NCBI GenBank assembly: GCA_964016885.1
Contig: OZ024758.1
Span: forward strand, 33,790,001-33,854,000
DNA: 64,000 bases
Origin: Eledone cirrhosa
Taxonomy: Eukaryota
Reading direction: 5' to 3'
Part shown: one piece after another, positions 1 through 13,933 of the stretch
Position numbering within the stretch: the stretch's first letter is position 1
Layout of the letters: each line of letters begins with the position of its first letter
Position numbers and translations under genes: made by a program
Notes under the pieces: model-generated
Seen by the model: the letters and a program-made list of their open reading frames with translations, nothing else
Told to the model about the DNA's origin: nothing
Databases searched by the model: none

Positions 1-2367
1 CATGGTACTATCTGTCAGAAGTAACTCCACTGTTGGTGAGAATTCATTTAAGTTCATGGTACTAGCTGTCAGAAGTAACTCCACTGTTGGTGAGAATTCA
101 TTTAAGTTCATGGTATTAGCTGTCAGAAGTCACTCCACTGTTGGTGAGAATTCATTTAAGTTCATGGTACTAGCTGTCAGAAGTAACCCCAATGTTGTTG
201 AGAATTCATTTAAGTTCATGGTATTAGCTGTCAGAAGTCACTCCAATGTTGGTGAGAATTCATTTAAGTTCATGGTATTAGCTGTCAGAAGTAACTCCAC
301 TGTTGGTGAGAATTCATTTAAGTTCATGGTATTAGCTGTCAGAAGAAACTCCACTGTTGGTGAGAATTCATTTAAGTTCATGGTATTAGCTGTCAGAAGT
401 AACTCCACTGTTGGTGAGAATTCATTTAAGTTCATGGTATTAGCTGTCAGAAGGAACTCCAATGTTGGTGAGAATTCATTTAAGTCATGGTACTAGCTGT
501 CAGAAGTAACTCCACTGTTGGTGAGAATTCATTTAAGTTCATGGTATTAGCTGTCAGAAGTAACTCCACTGTTGGTGAGAATTCATTTAAGTCATGGTAT
601 TAGCTGTCAGAAGTAACTCCATTGTTGGTGAGAATTCATTTATGTCATGGTACTAGCTGTCAGAAGTAACTCCACTGTTGGTGAGAATTCATTTAAGTTC
701 ATGGTACTAGCTGTCAGAAGTAACTCCACTGTTGGTGAGAATTCATTTAAGTTCATGGTACTAGCTGTCAGAAGTAACTCCACTGTTGGTGAGAATTCAT
801 TTAAGTTCATGGTACTAGCTGTCAGAAGTAACTCCACTGTTGGTGAGAATTCATTTAAGTTCATGGTATTAGCTGTCAGAAGTCACTCCAATGTTGGTGA
901 GTTCATTTAAGTTCATGGTATTAGCTGTCAGAAGTCACTCCACTGTTGGTGAGAATTCATTTTAGTTCATGGTACTAGCTGTCAGAAGTAACCCCAATGT
1001 TGGTGAGAATTCATTTAAGTTCATGGTATTAGCTGTCAGAAGTCACTCCAATGTTGGTTAGAATTCATTTAAGTTCATGGTATTAGCTGCCAGAAGTAAC
1101 TCCACTGTTGGTGAGAATTCATTTAAGTTCATGGTATTAGCTGTCAGAAGTAACTCCACTGTTGGTGAGAATTCATTTAAGTTCATGGTATTAGCTGTCA
1201 GAAGTAACTCCACTGTTGGTGAGAATTCATTTAAGTTCATGGTATTAGCTGTCAGAAGGAACTCCAATGTTGGTGAGAATTCATTTAAGTCATGGTACTA
1301 GCTGTCAGAAGTAACTCCACTGTTGGTGAGAATTCATTTAAGTTCATGGTATTAGCTGTCAGAAGGAACGCCACTGTTGGTGAGAATTCATTTAAGTTCA
1401 TGGTATTAGCTGTCAGAAGTAACTCCACTGTTGGTGAGAATTCATTTAAGTTCATTTTACTAGCTGTCAGAAGTAACTCCAATGTTGGTGAGAATTCATT
1501 TAAGTTCATGGTATTAGCTGTCAGAAGGAACTCCACTGTTGGTGAGAATTCATTTAAGTTCATGGTATTAGCTGTCAGAAGTAACTCCACTGTTGGTGAG
1601 AATTCATTTAAGTTCATGGTACTAGTTGTCAGAAGTAACTCCACTGTTGGTGAGAATTCATTTAAGTTCATGGTATTAGTTGTCAGAAGTAACTCCACTG
1701 TTGGTGAGAATTCATTTAAGTCATGGTATTAGTTGTCAGAAGTAACTCCAATGTTGGTGAGAATTCATTTAAGTTCATGGTACTAGCTGTCAGAAGTAAC
1801 TCTACTGTTGGTGAGAATTCATTTAAGTTCGTGGTATTAGCTGTCAGAAGTAACTCCACTGTTGGTGAGAATTCATTTAAGTCATGGTATTAGCTGTCAG
1901 AAGTAACTCCATTGTTGGTGAGAATTCATTTAAGTCATGGTACTAGCTGTCAGAAGTAACTCCACTGTTGGTGAGAATTCATTTAAGTTCATGGTATTAG
2001 CTGTCAGAAGGAACTCCACTGTTGGTGAGAATTCATTTAAGTTCATGGTACTAGCTGTCAGAAGTAACTCCACTGTTGGTGAGAATTCATTTAAGTTCAT
2101 GGTATTAGTTTGTCAGAAGTAACTCCACTGTTGGTGAGAATTCATTTAAGTTCATGGTATTAGCTGTCAGAAGTAACTCCACTGTTGGTGAGAATTCATT
2201 TAAGTCATGGTATTAGCTGTCAGAAGTAACTCCATTGTTGGTGAGAATTCATTTAAGTCATGGTACTAGCTGTCAGAAGTAACTCCACTGTTGGTGAGAA
2301 TTCATTTAAGTTCATGGTACTATCTGTCAGAAGTAACTCCACTGTTGGTGAGAATTCATTTAAGTTC

Positions 2368-4843
2368 ATGGTACTAGCTGTCAGAAGTAACTCCACTGTT
2401 GGTGAGAATTCATTTAAGTTCATGGTATTAGCTGTCAGAAGTCACTCCACTGTTGGTGAGAATTCATTTAAGTTCATGGTACTAGCTGTCAGAAGTAACC
2501 CCAATGTTGTTGAGAATTCATTTAAGTTCATGGTATTAGCTGTCAGAAGTCACTCCAATGTTGGTGAGAATTCATTTAAGTTCATGGTATTAGCTGTCAG
2601 AAGTAACTCCACTGTTGGTGAGAATTCATTTAAGTTCATGGTATTAGCTGTCAGAAGAAACTCCACTGTTGGTGAGAATTCATTTAAGTTCATGGTATTA
2701 GCTGTCAGAAGTAACTCCACTGTTGGTGAGAATTCATTTAAGTTCATGGTATTAGCTGTCAGAAGGAACTCCAATGTTGGTGAGAATTCATTTAAGTCAT
2801 GGTACTAGCTGTCAGAAGTAACTCCACTGTTGGTGAGAATTCATTTAAGTTCATGGTATTAGCTGTCAGAAGGAACGCCACTGTTGGTGAGAATTCATTT
2901 AAGTTCATGGTATTAGCTGTCAGAAGTAACTCCACTGTTGGTGAGAATTCATTTAAGTTCATGGTACTAGCTGTCAGAAGTAACTCCAATGTTGGTGAGA
3001 ATTCATTTAAGTTCATGGTATTAGCTGTCAGAAGGAACTCCACTGTTGGTGAGAATTCATTTAAGTTCATGGTATTAGCTGTCAGAAGTAACTCCACTGT
3101 TGGTGAGAATTCATTTAAGTTCATGGTACTAGTTGTCAGAAGTAACTCCACTGTTGGTGAGAATTCATTTAAGTTCATGGTATTAGTTGTCAGAAGTAAC
3201 TCCACTGTTGGTGAGAATTCATTTAAGTCATGGTATTAGTTGTCAGAAGTAACTCCAATGTTGGTGAGAATTCATTTAAGTTCATGGTACTAGTTGTCAG
3301 AAGTAACTCCACTGTTGGTGAGAATTCATTTAAGTTCATGGTATTAGCTGTCAGAAGTAACTCCACTGTTGGTGAGAATTCATTTAAGTCATGGTATTAG
3401 CTGTCAGAAGTAACTCCATTGTTGGTGAGAATTCATTTAAGTCATGGTACTAGCTGTCAGAAGTAATTCCACTGTTGGTGTGAATTCATTTAAGTTCATG
3501 GTATTAGCTGACAGAAGGAACTCCACTGTTGGTGAGAATTCATTTAAGTTCATGGTACTAGCTGTCAGAAGTAACTCCACTGTTGGTGAGAATTCATTTA
3601 AGTTCATGGTACTAGCTGTCAGAAGTAACTCCACTGTTGGTGAGAATTCATTTAAGTTCATGGTATTAGCTGTCAGAAGTCACTCCACTGTTGGTGAGAA
3701 TTCATTTAAGTTCATGGTACTAGCTGTCAGAAGTAACCCCAATGTTGTTGAGAATTCATTTAAGTTCATGGTATTAGCTGTCAGAAGTCACTCCAATGTT
3801 GGTGAGAATTCATTTAAGTTCATGGTATTAGCTGTCAGAAGTAACTCCACTGTTGGTGAGAATTCATTTAAGTTCATGGTATTAGCTGTCAGAAGAAACT
3901 CCACTGTTGGTGAGAATTCATTTAAGTTCATGGTATTAGCTGTCAGAAGTAACTCCACTGTTGGTGAGAATTCATTTAAGTTCATGGTATTAGCTGTCAG
4001 AAGGAACTCCAATGTTGGTGAGAATTCATTTAAGTCATGGTACTAGCTGTCAGAAGTAACTCCACTGTTGGTGAGAATTCATTTAAGTTCATGGTATTAG
4101 CTGTCAGAAGGAACGCCACTGTTGGTGAGAATTCATTTAAGTTCATGGTATTAGCTGTCAGAAGTAACTCCACTGTTGGTGAGAATTCATTTAAGTTCAT
4201 GGTACTAGCTGTCAGAAGTAACTCCAATGTTGGTGAGAATTCATTTAAGTTCATGGTATTAGCTGTCAGAAGGAACTCCACTGTTGGTGAGAATTCATTT
4301 AAGTTCATGGTATTAGCTGTCAGAAGTAACTCCACTGTTGGTGAGAATTCATTTAAGTTCATGGTACTAGTTGTCAGAAGTAACTCCACTGTTGGTGAGA
4401 ATTCATTTAAGTTCATGGTATTAGTTGTCAGAAGTAACTCCACTGTTGGTGAGAATTCATTTAAGTCATGGTATTAGTTGTCAGAAGTAACTCCCATGTT
4501 GGTGAGAATTCATTTAAGTTCATGGTACTAGTTGTCAGAAGTAACTCCACTGTTGGTGAGAATTCATTTAAGTTCATGGTATTAGCTGTCAGAAGTAACT
4601 CCACTGTTGGTGAGAATTCATTTAAGTCATGGTATTAGCTGTCAGAAGTAACTCCATTGTTGGTGAGAATTCATTTATGTCATGGTACTAGCTGTCAGAA
4701 GTAACTCCACTCTTGGTGTGAATTCATTTAAGTTCATGGTATTAGCTGACAGAAGGAACTCCACTGTTGGTGAGAATTCATTTAAGTTCATGGTACTAGC
4801 TGTCAGAAGTAACTCCACTGTTGGTGAGAATTCATTTAAGTTC
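2368..4843 (+). repeat. 1,238-bp (23-monomer) higher-order repeat, two tandem copies; related copies recur at ~5.6-8.5 kb and ~12.5-14.7 kb
   Basis: Identical variant order at offset 1238 (ORF track 2799/4037, 7050/8288, 12643/13881). A 1,346-bp 25-mer version occurs at 5704/7050. Confidence 0.85.
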
Positions 4844-6887
4844 ATGGTATTACTTTGTCAGAAGTAACTCCACTGTTGGTGAGAATTCATTTAAGTCATG
4901 GTATTAGTTGTCAGAAGTAACTCCAATGTTGGTGAGAATTCATTTAAGTCATGGTACTAGCTGTCAGAAGTAACTCCAATGTTGGTGAGAATTCATTTAA
5001 GTTCATGGTATTAGCTGTCAGAAGGAACTCCACTGTTGGTGAGAATTCATTTAAGTTCATGGTATTAGCTGTCAGAAGTAACTCCACTGTTGGTGAGAAT
5101 TCATTTAAGTTCATGGTACTAGCTGTCAGAAGTAACTACAATGTTGGTGAGAATTCATTTAAGTTCATGGTATTAGCTGTCAGAAGTAACTCCACTGTTG
5201 GTGAGAATTCATTTAAGTCATGGTATTAGCTGTCAGAAGTAACTCCAATGTTGGTGAGAATTCATTTAAGTTCATGGTATTAGCTGTCAGAAGTAACTCC
5301 ACTGTTGGTGAGAATTCATTTAAGTTCATGGTATTAGCTGTCAGAAGTAACTCCAATGTTGGTGAGAATTCATTTATGTCATGGTATTAGTTGTCAGAAG
5401 TAACTCCAATGTTGGTGAGAATTCATTTAAGTTCATAGTACTAGCTGTCAGAAGTAACTCCACTGTTGGTGAGAATTCATTTAAGTTCATGGTATTAGCT
5501 GTCAGAAGAAACTCCACTGTTGGTGAGAATTCATTTAAGTTTATGGTATTAGCTGTCAGAAGAAACTCCACTGTTGGTGAGAATTCATTTAAGTTCATGG
5601 TATTAGCTGTCAGAAGTAACTCCACTGTTGGTGAGAATTCATTTAAGTTCATGGTATTAGCTGTCAGAAGGAACTCCAATGTTGGTGAGAATTCATTTAA
5701 GTCATGGTACTAGCTGTCAGAAGTAACTCCACTGTTGGTGAGAATTCATTTAAGTTCATGGTATTAGCTGTCAGAAGGAACGCCACTGTTGGTGAGAATT
5801 CATTTAAGTTCATGGTATTAGCTGTCAGAAGTAACTCCACTGTTGGTGAGAATTCATTTAAGTTCATGGTACTAGCTGTCAGAAGTAACTCCAATGTTGG
5901 TGAGAATTCATTTAAGTTCATGGTATTAGCTGTCAGAAGGAACTCCACTGTTGGTGAGAATTCATTTAAGTTCATGGTATTAGCTGTCAGAAGTAACTCC
6001 ACTGTTGGTGAGAATTCATTTAAGTTCATGGTACTAGTTGTCAGAAGTAACTCCACTGTTGGTGAGAATTCATTTAAGTTCATGGTATTAGTTGTCAGAA
6101 GTAACTCCACTGTTGGTGAGAATTCATTTAAGTCATGGTATTAGTTGTCAGAAGTAACTCCAATGTTGGTGAGAATTCATTTAAGTTCATGGTACTAGTT
6201 GTCAGAAGTAACTCCACTGTTGGTGAGAATTCATTTAAGTTCATGGTATTAGCTGTCAGAAGTAACTCCACTGTTGGTGAGAATTCATTTAAGTCATGGT
6301 ATTAGCTGTCAGAAGTAACTCCATTGTTGGTGAGAATTCATTTAAGTCATGGTACTAGCTGTCAGAAGTAACTCCACTGTTGGTGTGAATTCATTTAAGT
6401 TCATGGTATTAGCTGACAGAAGGAACTCCACTGTTGGTGAGAATTCATTTAAGTTCATGGTACTAGCTGTCAGAAGTAACTCCACTGTTGGTGAGAATTC
6501 ATTTAAGTTCATGGTACTAGCTGTCAGAAGTAACTCCACTGTTGGTGAGAATTCATTTAAGTTCATGGTATTAGCTGTCAGAAGTCACTCCACTGTTGGT
6601 GAGAATTCATTTAAGTTCATGGTACTAGCTGTCAGAAGTAACCCCAATGTTGTTGAGAATTCATTTAAGTTCATGGTATTAGCTGTCAGAAGTCACTCCA
6701 ATGTTGGTGAGAATTCATTTAAGTTCATGGTATTAGCTGTCAGAAGTAACTCCACTGTTGGTGAGAATTCATTTAAGTTCATGGTATTAGCTGTCAGAAG
6801 AAACTCCACTGTTGGTGAGAATTCATTTAAGTTCATGGTATTAGCTGTCAGAAGTAACTCCACTGTTGGTGAGAATTCATTTAAGTT

Positions 6888-9800
6888 CATGGTATTAGCT
6901 GTCAGAAGAAACTCCACTGTTGGTGAGAATTCATTTAAGTTCATGGTATTAGCTGTCAGAAGTAACTCCACTGTTGGTGAGAATTCATTTAAGTTCATGG
7001 TATTAGCTGTCAGAAGGAACTCCAATGTTGGTGAGAATTCATTTAAGTCATGGTACTAGCTGTCAGAAGTAACTCCACTGTTGGTGAGAATTCATTTAAG
7101 TTCATGGTATTAGCTGTCAGAAGGAACGCCACTGTTGGTGAGAATTCATTTAAGTTCATGGTATTAGCTGTCAGAAGTAACTCCACTGTTGGTGAGAATT
7201 CATTTAAGTTCATGGTACTAGCTGTCAGAAGTAACTCCAATGTTGGTGAGAATTCATTTAAGTTCATGGTATTAGCTGTCAGAAGGAACTCCACTGTTGG
7301 TGAGAATTCATTTAAGTTCATGGTATTAGCTGTCAGAAGTAACTCCACTGTTGGTGAGAATTCATTTAAGTTCATGGTACTAGTTGTCAGAAGTAACTCC
7401 ACTGTTGGTGAGAATTCATTTAAGTTCATGGTATTAGTTGTCAGAAGTAACTCCACTGTTGGTGAGAATTCATTTAAGTCATGGTATTAGTTGTCAGAAG
7501 TAACTCCAATGTTGGTGAGAATTCATTTAAGTTCATGGTACTAGTTGTCAGAAGTAACTCCACTGTTGGTGAGAATTCATTTAAGTTCATGGTATTAGCT
7601 GTCAGAAGTAACTCCACTGTTGGTGAGAATTCATTTAAGTCATGGTATTAGCTGTCAGAAGTAACTCCATTGTTGGTGAGAATTCATTTAAGTCATGGTA
7701 CTAGCTGTCAGAAGTAACTCCACTGTTGGTGTGAATTCATTTAAGTTCATGGTATTAGCTGACAGAAGGAACTCCACTGTTGGTGAGAATTCATTTAAGT
7801 TCATGGTACTAGCTGTCAGAAGTAACTCCACTGTTGGTGAGAATTCATTTAAGTTCATGGTACTAGCTGTCAGAAGTAACTCCACTGTTGGTGAGAATTC
7901 ATTTAAGTTCATGGTATTAGCTGTCAGAAGTCACTCCACTGTTGGTGAGAATTCATTTAAGTTCATGGTACTAGCTGTCAGAAGTAACCCCAATGTTGTT
8001 GAGAATTCATTTAAGTTCATGGTATTAGCTGTCAGAAGTCACTCCAATGTTGGTGAGAATTCATTTAAGTTCATGGTATTAGCTGTCAGAAGTAACTCCA
8101 CTGTTGGTGAGAATTCATTTAAGTTCATGGTATTAGCTGTCAGAAGAAACTCCACTGTTGGTGAGAATTCATTTAAGTTCATGGTATTAGCTGTCAGAAG
8201 TAACTCCACTGTTGGTGAGAATTCATTTAAGTTCATGGTATTAGCTGTCAGAAGGAACTCCAATGTTGGTGAGAATTCATTTAAGTCATGGTACTAGCTG
8301 TCAGAAGTAACTCCACTGTTGGTGAGAATTCATTTAAGTTCATGGTATTAGCTGTCAGAAGGAACGCCACTGTTGGTGAGAATTCATTTAAGTTCATGGT
8401 ATTAGCTGTCAGAAGTAACTCCACTGTTGGTGAGAATTCATTTAAGTTCATGGTACTAGTTGTCAGAAGTAACTCCACTGTTGGTGAGAATTCATTTAAG
8501 TTCATGGTATTAGTTGTCAGAAGTAACTCCACTGTTGGTGAGAATTCATTTAAGTCATGGTATTAGTTGTCAGAAGTAACTCCCATGTTGGTGAGAATTC
8601 ATTTAAGTTCATGGTACTAGTTGTCAGAAGTAACTCCACTGTTGGTGAGAATTCATTTAAGTTCATGGTATTAGCTGTCAGAAGTAACTCCACTGTTGGT
8701 GAGAATTCATTTAAGTCATGGTATTAGCTGTCAGAAGTAACTCCATTGTTGGTGAGAATTCATTTAAGTCATGGTACTAGCTGTCAGAAGTAACTCCACT
8801 GTTGGTGTGAATTCATTTAAGTTCATGGTATTAGCTGACAGAAGGAACTCCACTGTTGGTGAGAATTCATTTAAGTTCATGGTACTAGCTGTCAGAAGTA
8901 ACTCCACTGTTGGTGAGAATTCATTTAAGTTCATGGTATTACTTTGTCAGAAGTAACTCCACTGTTGGTGAGAATTCATTTAAGTCATGGTATTAGTTGT
9001 CAGAAGTAACTCCAATGTTGGTGAGAATTCATTTAAGTCATGGTACTAGCTGTCAGAAGTAACTCCAATGTTGGTGAGAATTCATTTAAGTTCATGGTAT
9101 TAGCTGTCAGAAGGAACTCCACTGTTGGTGAGAATTCATTTAAGTTCATGGTATTAGCTGTCAGAAGAAACTCCACTGTTGGTGAGAATTCATTTAAGTT
9201 CATGGTATTAGCTGTCAGAAGTAACTCCACTGTTGGTGAGAATTCATTTAAGTTCATGGTATTAGCTGTCAGAAGGAACTCCAATGTTGGTGAGAATTCA
9301 TTTAAGTCATGGTACTAGCTGTCAGAAGTAACTCCACTGTTGGTGAGAATTCATTTAAGTTCATGGTATTAGCTGTCAGAAGGAACGCCACTGTTGGTGA
9401 GAATTCATTTAAGTTCATGGTATTAGCTGTCAGAAGTAACTCCACTGTTGGTGAGAATTCATTTAAGTTCATGGTACTAGCTGTCAGAAGTAACTCCAAT
9501 GTTGGTGAGAATTCATTTAAGTTCATGGTATTAGCTGTCAGAAGGAACTCCACTGTTGGTGAGAATTCATTTAAGTTCATGGTATTAGCTGTCAGAAGTA
9601 ACTCCACTGTTGGTGAGAATTCATTTAAGTTCATGGTACTAGTTGTCAGAAGTAACTCCACTGTTGGTGAGAATTCATTTAAGTTCATGGTATTAGTTGT
9701 CAGAAGTAACTCCACTGTTGGTGAGAATTCATTTAAGTCATGGTATTAGTTGTCAGAAGTAACTCCAATGTTGGTGAGAATTCATTTAAGTTCATGGTAC

Positions 9801-11405
9801 TAGTTGTCAGAAGTAACTCCACTGTTGGTGAGAATTCATTTAAGTTCATGGTATTAGCTGTCAGAAGTAACTCCACTGTTGGTGAGAATTCATTTAAGTC
9901 ATGGTATTAGCTGTCAGAAGTAACTCCATTGTTGGTGAGAATTCATTTAAGTCATGGTACTAGCTGTCAGAAGTAACTCCACTGTTGGTGTGAATTCATT
10001 TAAGTTCATGGTATTAGCTGACAGAAGGAACTCCACTGTTGGTGAGAATTCATTTAAGTTCATGGTACTAGCTGTCAGAAGTAACTCCACTGTTGGTGAG
10101 AATTCATTTAAGTTCATGGTACTAGCTGTCAGAAGTAACTCCACTGTTGGTGAGAATTCATTTAAGTTCATGGTATTAGCTGTCAGAAGTCACTCCACTG
10201 TTGGTGAGAATTCATTTAAGTTCATGGTACTAGCTGTCAGAAGTAACCCCAATGTTGTTGAGAATTCATTTAAGTTCATGGTATTAGCTGTCAGAAGTCA
10301 CTCCAATGTTGGTGAGAATTCATTTAAGTTCATGGTATTAGCTGTCAGAAGTAACTCCACTGTTGGTGAGAATTCATTTAAGTTCATGGTATTAGCTGTC
10401 AGAAGAAACTCCACTGTTGGTGAGAATTCATTTAAGTTCATGGTATTAGCTGTCAGAAGTAACTCCACTGTTGGTGAGAATTCATTTAAGTTCATGGTAT
10501 TAGCTGTCAGAAGGAACTCCAATGTTGGTGAGAATTCATTTAAGTCATGGTACTAGCTGTCAGAAGTAACTCCACTGTTGGTGAGAATTCATTTAAGTTC
10601 ATGGTATTAGCTGTCAGAAGGAACGCCACTGTTGGTGAGAATTCATTTAAGTTCATGGTATTAGCTGTCAGAAGTAACTCCACTGTTGGTGAGAATTCAT
10701 TTAAGTTCATGGTACTAGTTGTCAGAAGTAACTCCACTGTTGGTGAGAATTCATTTAAGTTCATGGTATTAGTTGTCAGAAGTAACTCCACTGTTGGTGA
10801 GAATTCATTTAAGTCATGGTATTAGTTGTCAGAAGTAACTCCCATGTTGGTGAGAATTCATTTAAGTTCATGGTACTAGTTGTCAGAAGTAACTCCACTG
10901 TTGGTGAGAATTCATTTAAGTTCATGGTATTAGCTGTCAGAAGTAACTCCACTGTTGGTGAGAATTCATTTAAGTCATGGTATTAGCTGTCAGAAGTAAC
11001 TCCATTGTTGGTGAGAATTCATTTAAGTCATGGTACTAGCTGTCAGAAGTAACTCCACTGTTGGTGTGAATTCATTTAAGTTCATGGTATTAGCTGACAG
11101 AAGGAACTCCACTGTTGGTGAGAATTCATTTAAGTTCATGGTACTAGCTGTCAGAAGTAACTCCACTGTTGGTGAGAATTCATTTAAGTTCATGGTATTA
11201 CTTTGTCAGAAGTAACTCCACTGTTGGTGAGAATTCATTTAAGTCATGGTATTAGTTGTCAGAAGTAACTCCAATGTTGGTGAGAATTCATTTAAGTCAT
11301 GGTACTAGCTGTCAGAAGTAACTCCAATGTTGGTGAGAATTCATTTAAGTTCATGGTATTAGCTGTCAGAAGGAACTCCACTGTTGGTGAGAATTCATTT
11401 AAGTT
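6888..11405 (+). repeat. 2,259-bp (42-monomer) tandem duplication (~6888-9146 / ~9147-11405)
   Basis: Constant offset 2259 for ORF pairs 7050/9309, 7695/9954, 8288/10547, 8771/11030 and 9040/11299. Both copies share the same 3-monomer deletion and the CCCATG and TACTTTG variants. Confidence 0.9.
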
Positions 11406-13933
11406 CATGGTATTAGCTGTCAGAAGTAACTCCACTGTTGGTGAGAATTCATTTAAGTTCATGGTACTAGCTGTCAGAAGTAACTACAATGTTGGTGAGA
11501 ATTCATTTAAGTTCATGGTATTAGCTGTCAGAAGTAACTCCACTGTTGGTGAGAATTCATTTAAGTCATGGTATTAGCTGTCAGAAGTAACTCCAATGTT
11601 GGTGAGAATTCATTTAAGTTCATGGTATTAGCTGTCAGAAGTAACTCCACTGTTGGTGAGAATTCATTTAAGTTCATGGTATTAGCTGTCAGAAGTAACT
11701 CCAATGTTGGTGAGAATTCATTTATGTCATGGTATTAGTTGTCAGAAGTAACTCCAATGTTGGTGAGAATTCATTTAAGTTCATGGTACTAGCTGTCAGA
11801 AGTAACTCCACTGTTGGTGAGAATTCATTTAAGTTCATGGTATTAGCTGTCAGAAGTAAATCCACTGTTGGTGAGAATTCATTTAAGTCATGGTATTAGC
11901 TGTCAGAAGTAACTCCATTGTTGGTGAGAATTCATTTAAGTCATGGTACTAGCTGTCAGAAGTAACTCCACTGTTGGTGAGAATTCATTTAAGTTCATGG
12001 TATTAGCTGTCAGAAGGAACTCCACTGTTGGTGAGAATTCATTTAAGTTCATGGTACTAGCTGTCAGAAGTAACTCCACTGTTGGTGAGAATTCATTTAA
12101 GTTCATGGTATTAGTTTGTCAGAAGTAACTCCACTGTTGGTAAGAATTCATTTAAGTTCATGGTATTAGCTGTCAGAAGTAACTCCACTGTTGGTGAGAA
12201 TTCATTTAAGTTCATGGTATTAGCTGTCAGAAGTAACTCCACTGTTGGTGAGAATTCATTTAAGTTCATGGTATTAGCTGTCAGAAGGAACTCCAATGTT
12301 GGTGAGAATTCATTTAAGTCATGGTACTAGCTGTCAGAAGTAACTCCACTGTTGGTGAGAATTCATTTAAGTTCATGGTATTAGCTGTCAGAAGGAACGC
12401 CACTGTTGGTGAGAATTCATTTAAGTTCATGGTATTAGCTGTCAGAAGTAACTCCAATGTTGGTGAGAATTCATTTATGTCATGGTATTAGCTGTCAGAA
12501 GAAACTCCACTGTTGGTGAGAATTCATTTAAGTTCATGGTATTAGCTGTCAGAAGTAACTCCACTGTTGGTGAGAATTCATTTAAGTTCATGGTATTAGC
12601 TGTCAGAAGGAACTCCAATGTTGGTGAGAATTCATTTAAGTCATGGTACTAGCTGTCAGAAGTAACTCCACTGTTGGTGAGAATTCATTTAAGTTCATGG
12701 TATTAGCTGTCAGAAGGAACGCCACTGTTGGTGAGAATTCATTTAAGTTCATGGTATTAGCTGTCAGAAGTAACTCCACTGTTGGTGAGAATTCATTTAA
12801 GTTCATGGTACTAGCTGTCAGAAGTAACTCCAATGTTGGTGAGAATTCATTTAAGTTCATGGTATTAGCTGTCAGAAGGAACTCCACTGTTGGTGAGAAT
12901 TCATTTAAGTTCATGGTATTAGCTGTCAGAAGTAACTCCACTGTTGGTGAGAATTCATTTAAGTTCATGGTACTAGTTGTCAGAAGTAACTCCACTGTTG
13001 GTGAGAATTCATTTAAGTTCATGGTATTAGTTGTCAGAAGTAACTCCACTGTTGGTGAGAATTCATTTAAGTCATGGTATTAGTTGTCAGAAGTAACTCC
13101 AATGTTGGTGAGAATTCATTTAAGTTCATGGTACTAGTTGTCAGAAGTAACTCCACTGTTGGTGAGAATTCATTTAAGTTCATGGTATTAGCTGTCAGAA
13201 GTAACTCCACTGTTGGTGAGAATTCATTTAAGTCATGGTATTAGCTGTCAGAAGTAACTCCATTGTTGGTGAGAATTCATTTAAGTCATGGTACTAGCTG
13301 TCAGAAGTAACTCCATTGTTGGTGTGAATTCATTTAAGTTCATGGTATTAGCTGACAGAAGGAACTCCACTGTTGGTGAGAATTCATTTAAGTTCATGGT
13401 ACTAGCTGTCAGAAGTAACTCCACTGTTGGTGAGAATTCATTTAAGTTCATGGTACTAGCTGTCAGAAGTAACTCCACTGTTGGTGAGAATTCATTTAAG
13501 TTCATGGTATTAGCTGTCAGAAGTCACTCCACTGTTGGTGAGAATTCATTTAAGTTCATGGTACTAGCTGTCAGAAGTAACCCCAATGTTGTTGAGAATT
13601 CATTTAAGTTCATGGTATTAGCTGTCAGAAGTCACTCCAATGTTGGTGAGAATTCATTTAAGTTCATGGTATTAGCTGTCAGAAGTAACTCCACTGTTGG
13701 TGAGAATTCATTTAAGTTCATGGTATTAGCTGTCAGAAGAAACTCCACTGTTGGTGAGAATTCATTTAAGTTCATGGTATTAGCTGTCAGAAGTAACTCC
13801 ACTGTTGGTGAGAATTCATTTAAGTTCATGGTATTAGCTGTCAGAAGGAACTCCAATGTTGGTGAGAATTCATTTAAGTCATGGTACTAGCTGTCAGAAG
13901 TAACTCCACTGTTGGTGAGAATTCATTTAAGTT

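Noticed and set aside
1-54. CENP-B box or a strong hairpin/terminator in the monomer
   Set aside because: The CENP-B box needs TTCG...A..CGGG, and the consensus has no CpG. Dyads are only 4-6 bp (GAATTC, AGCT, CATG, TTAA, CCAA/TTGG).
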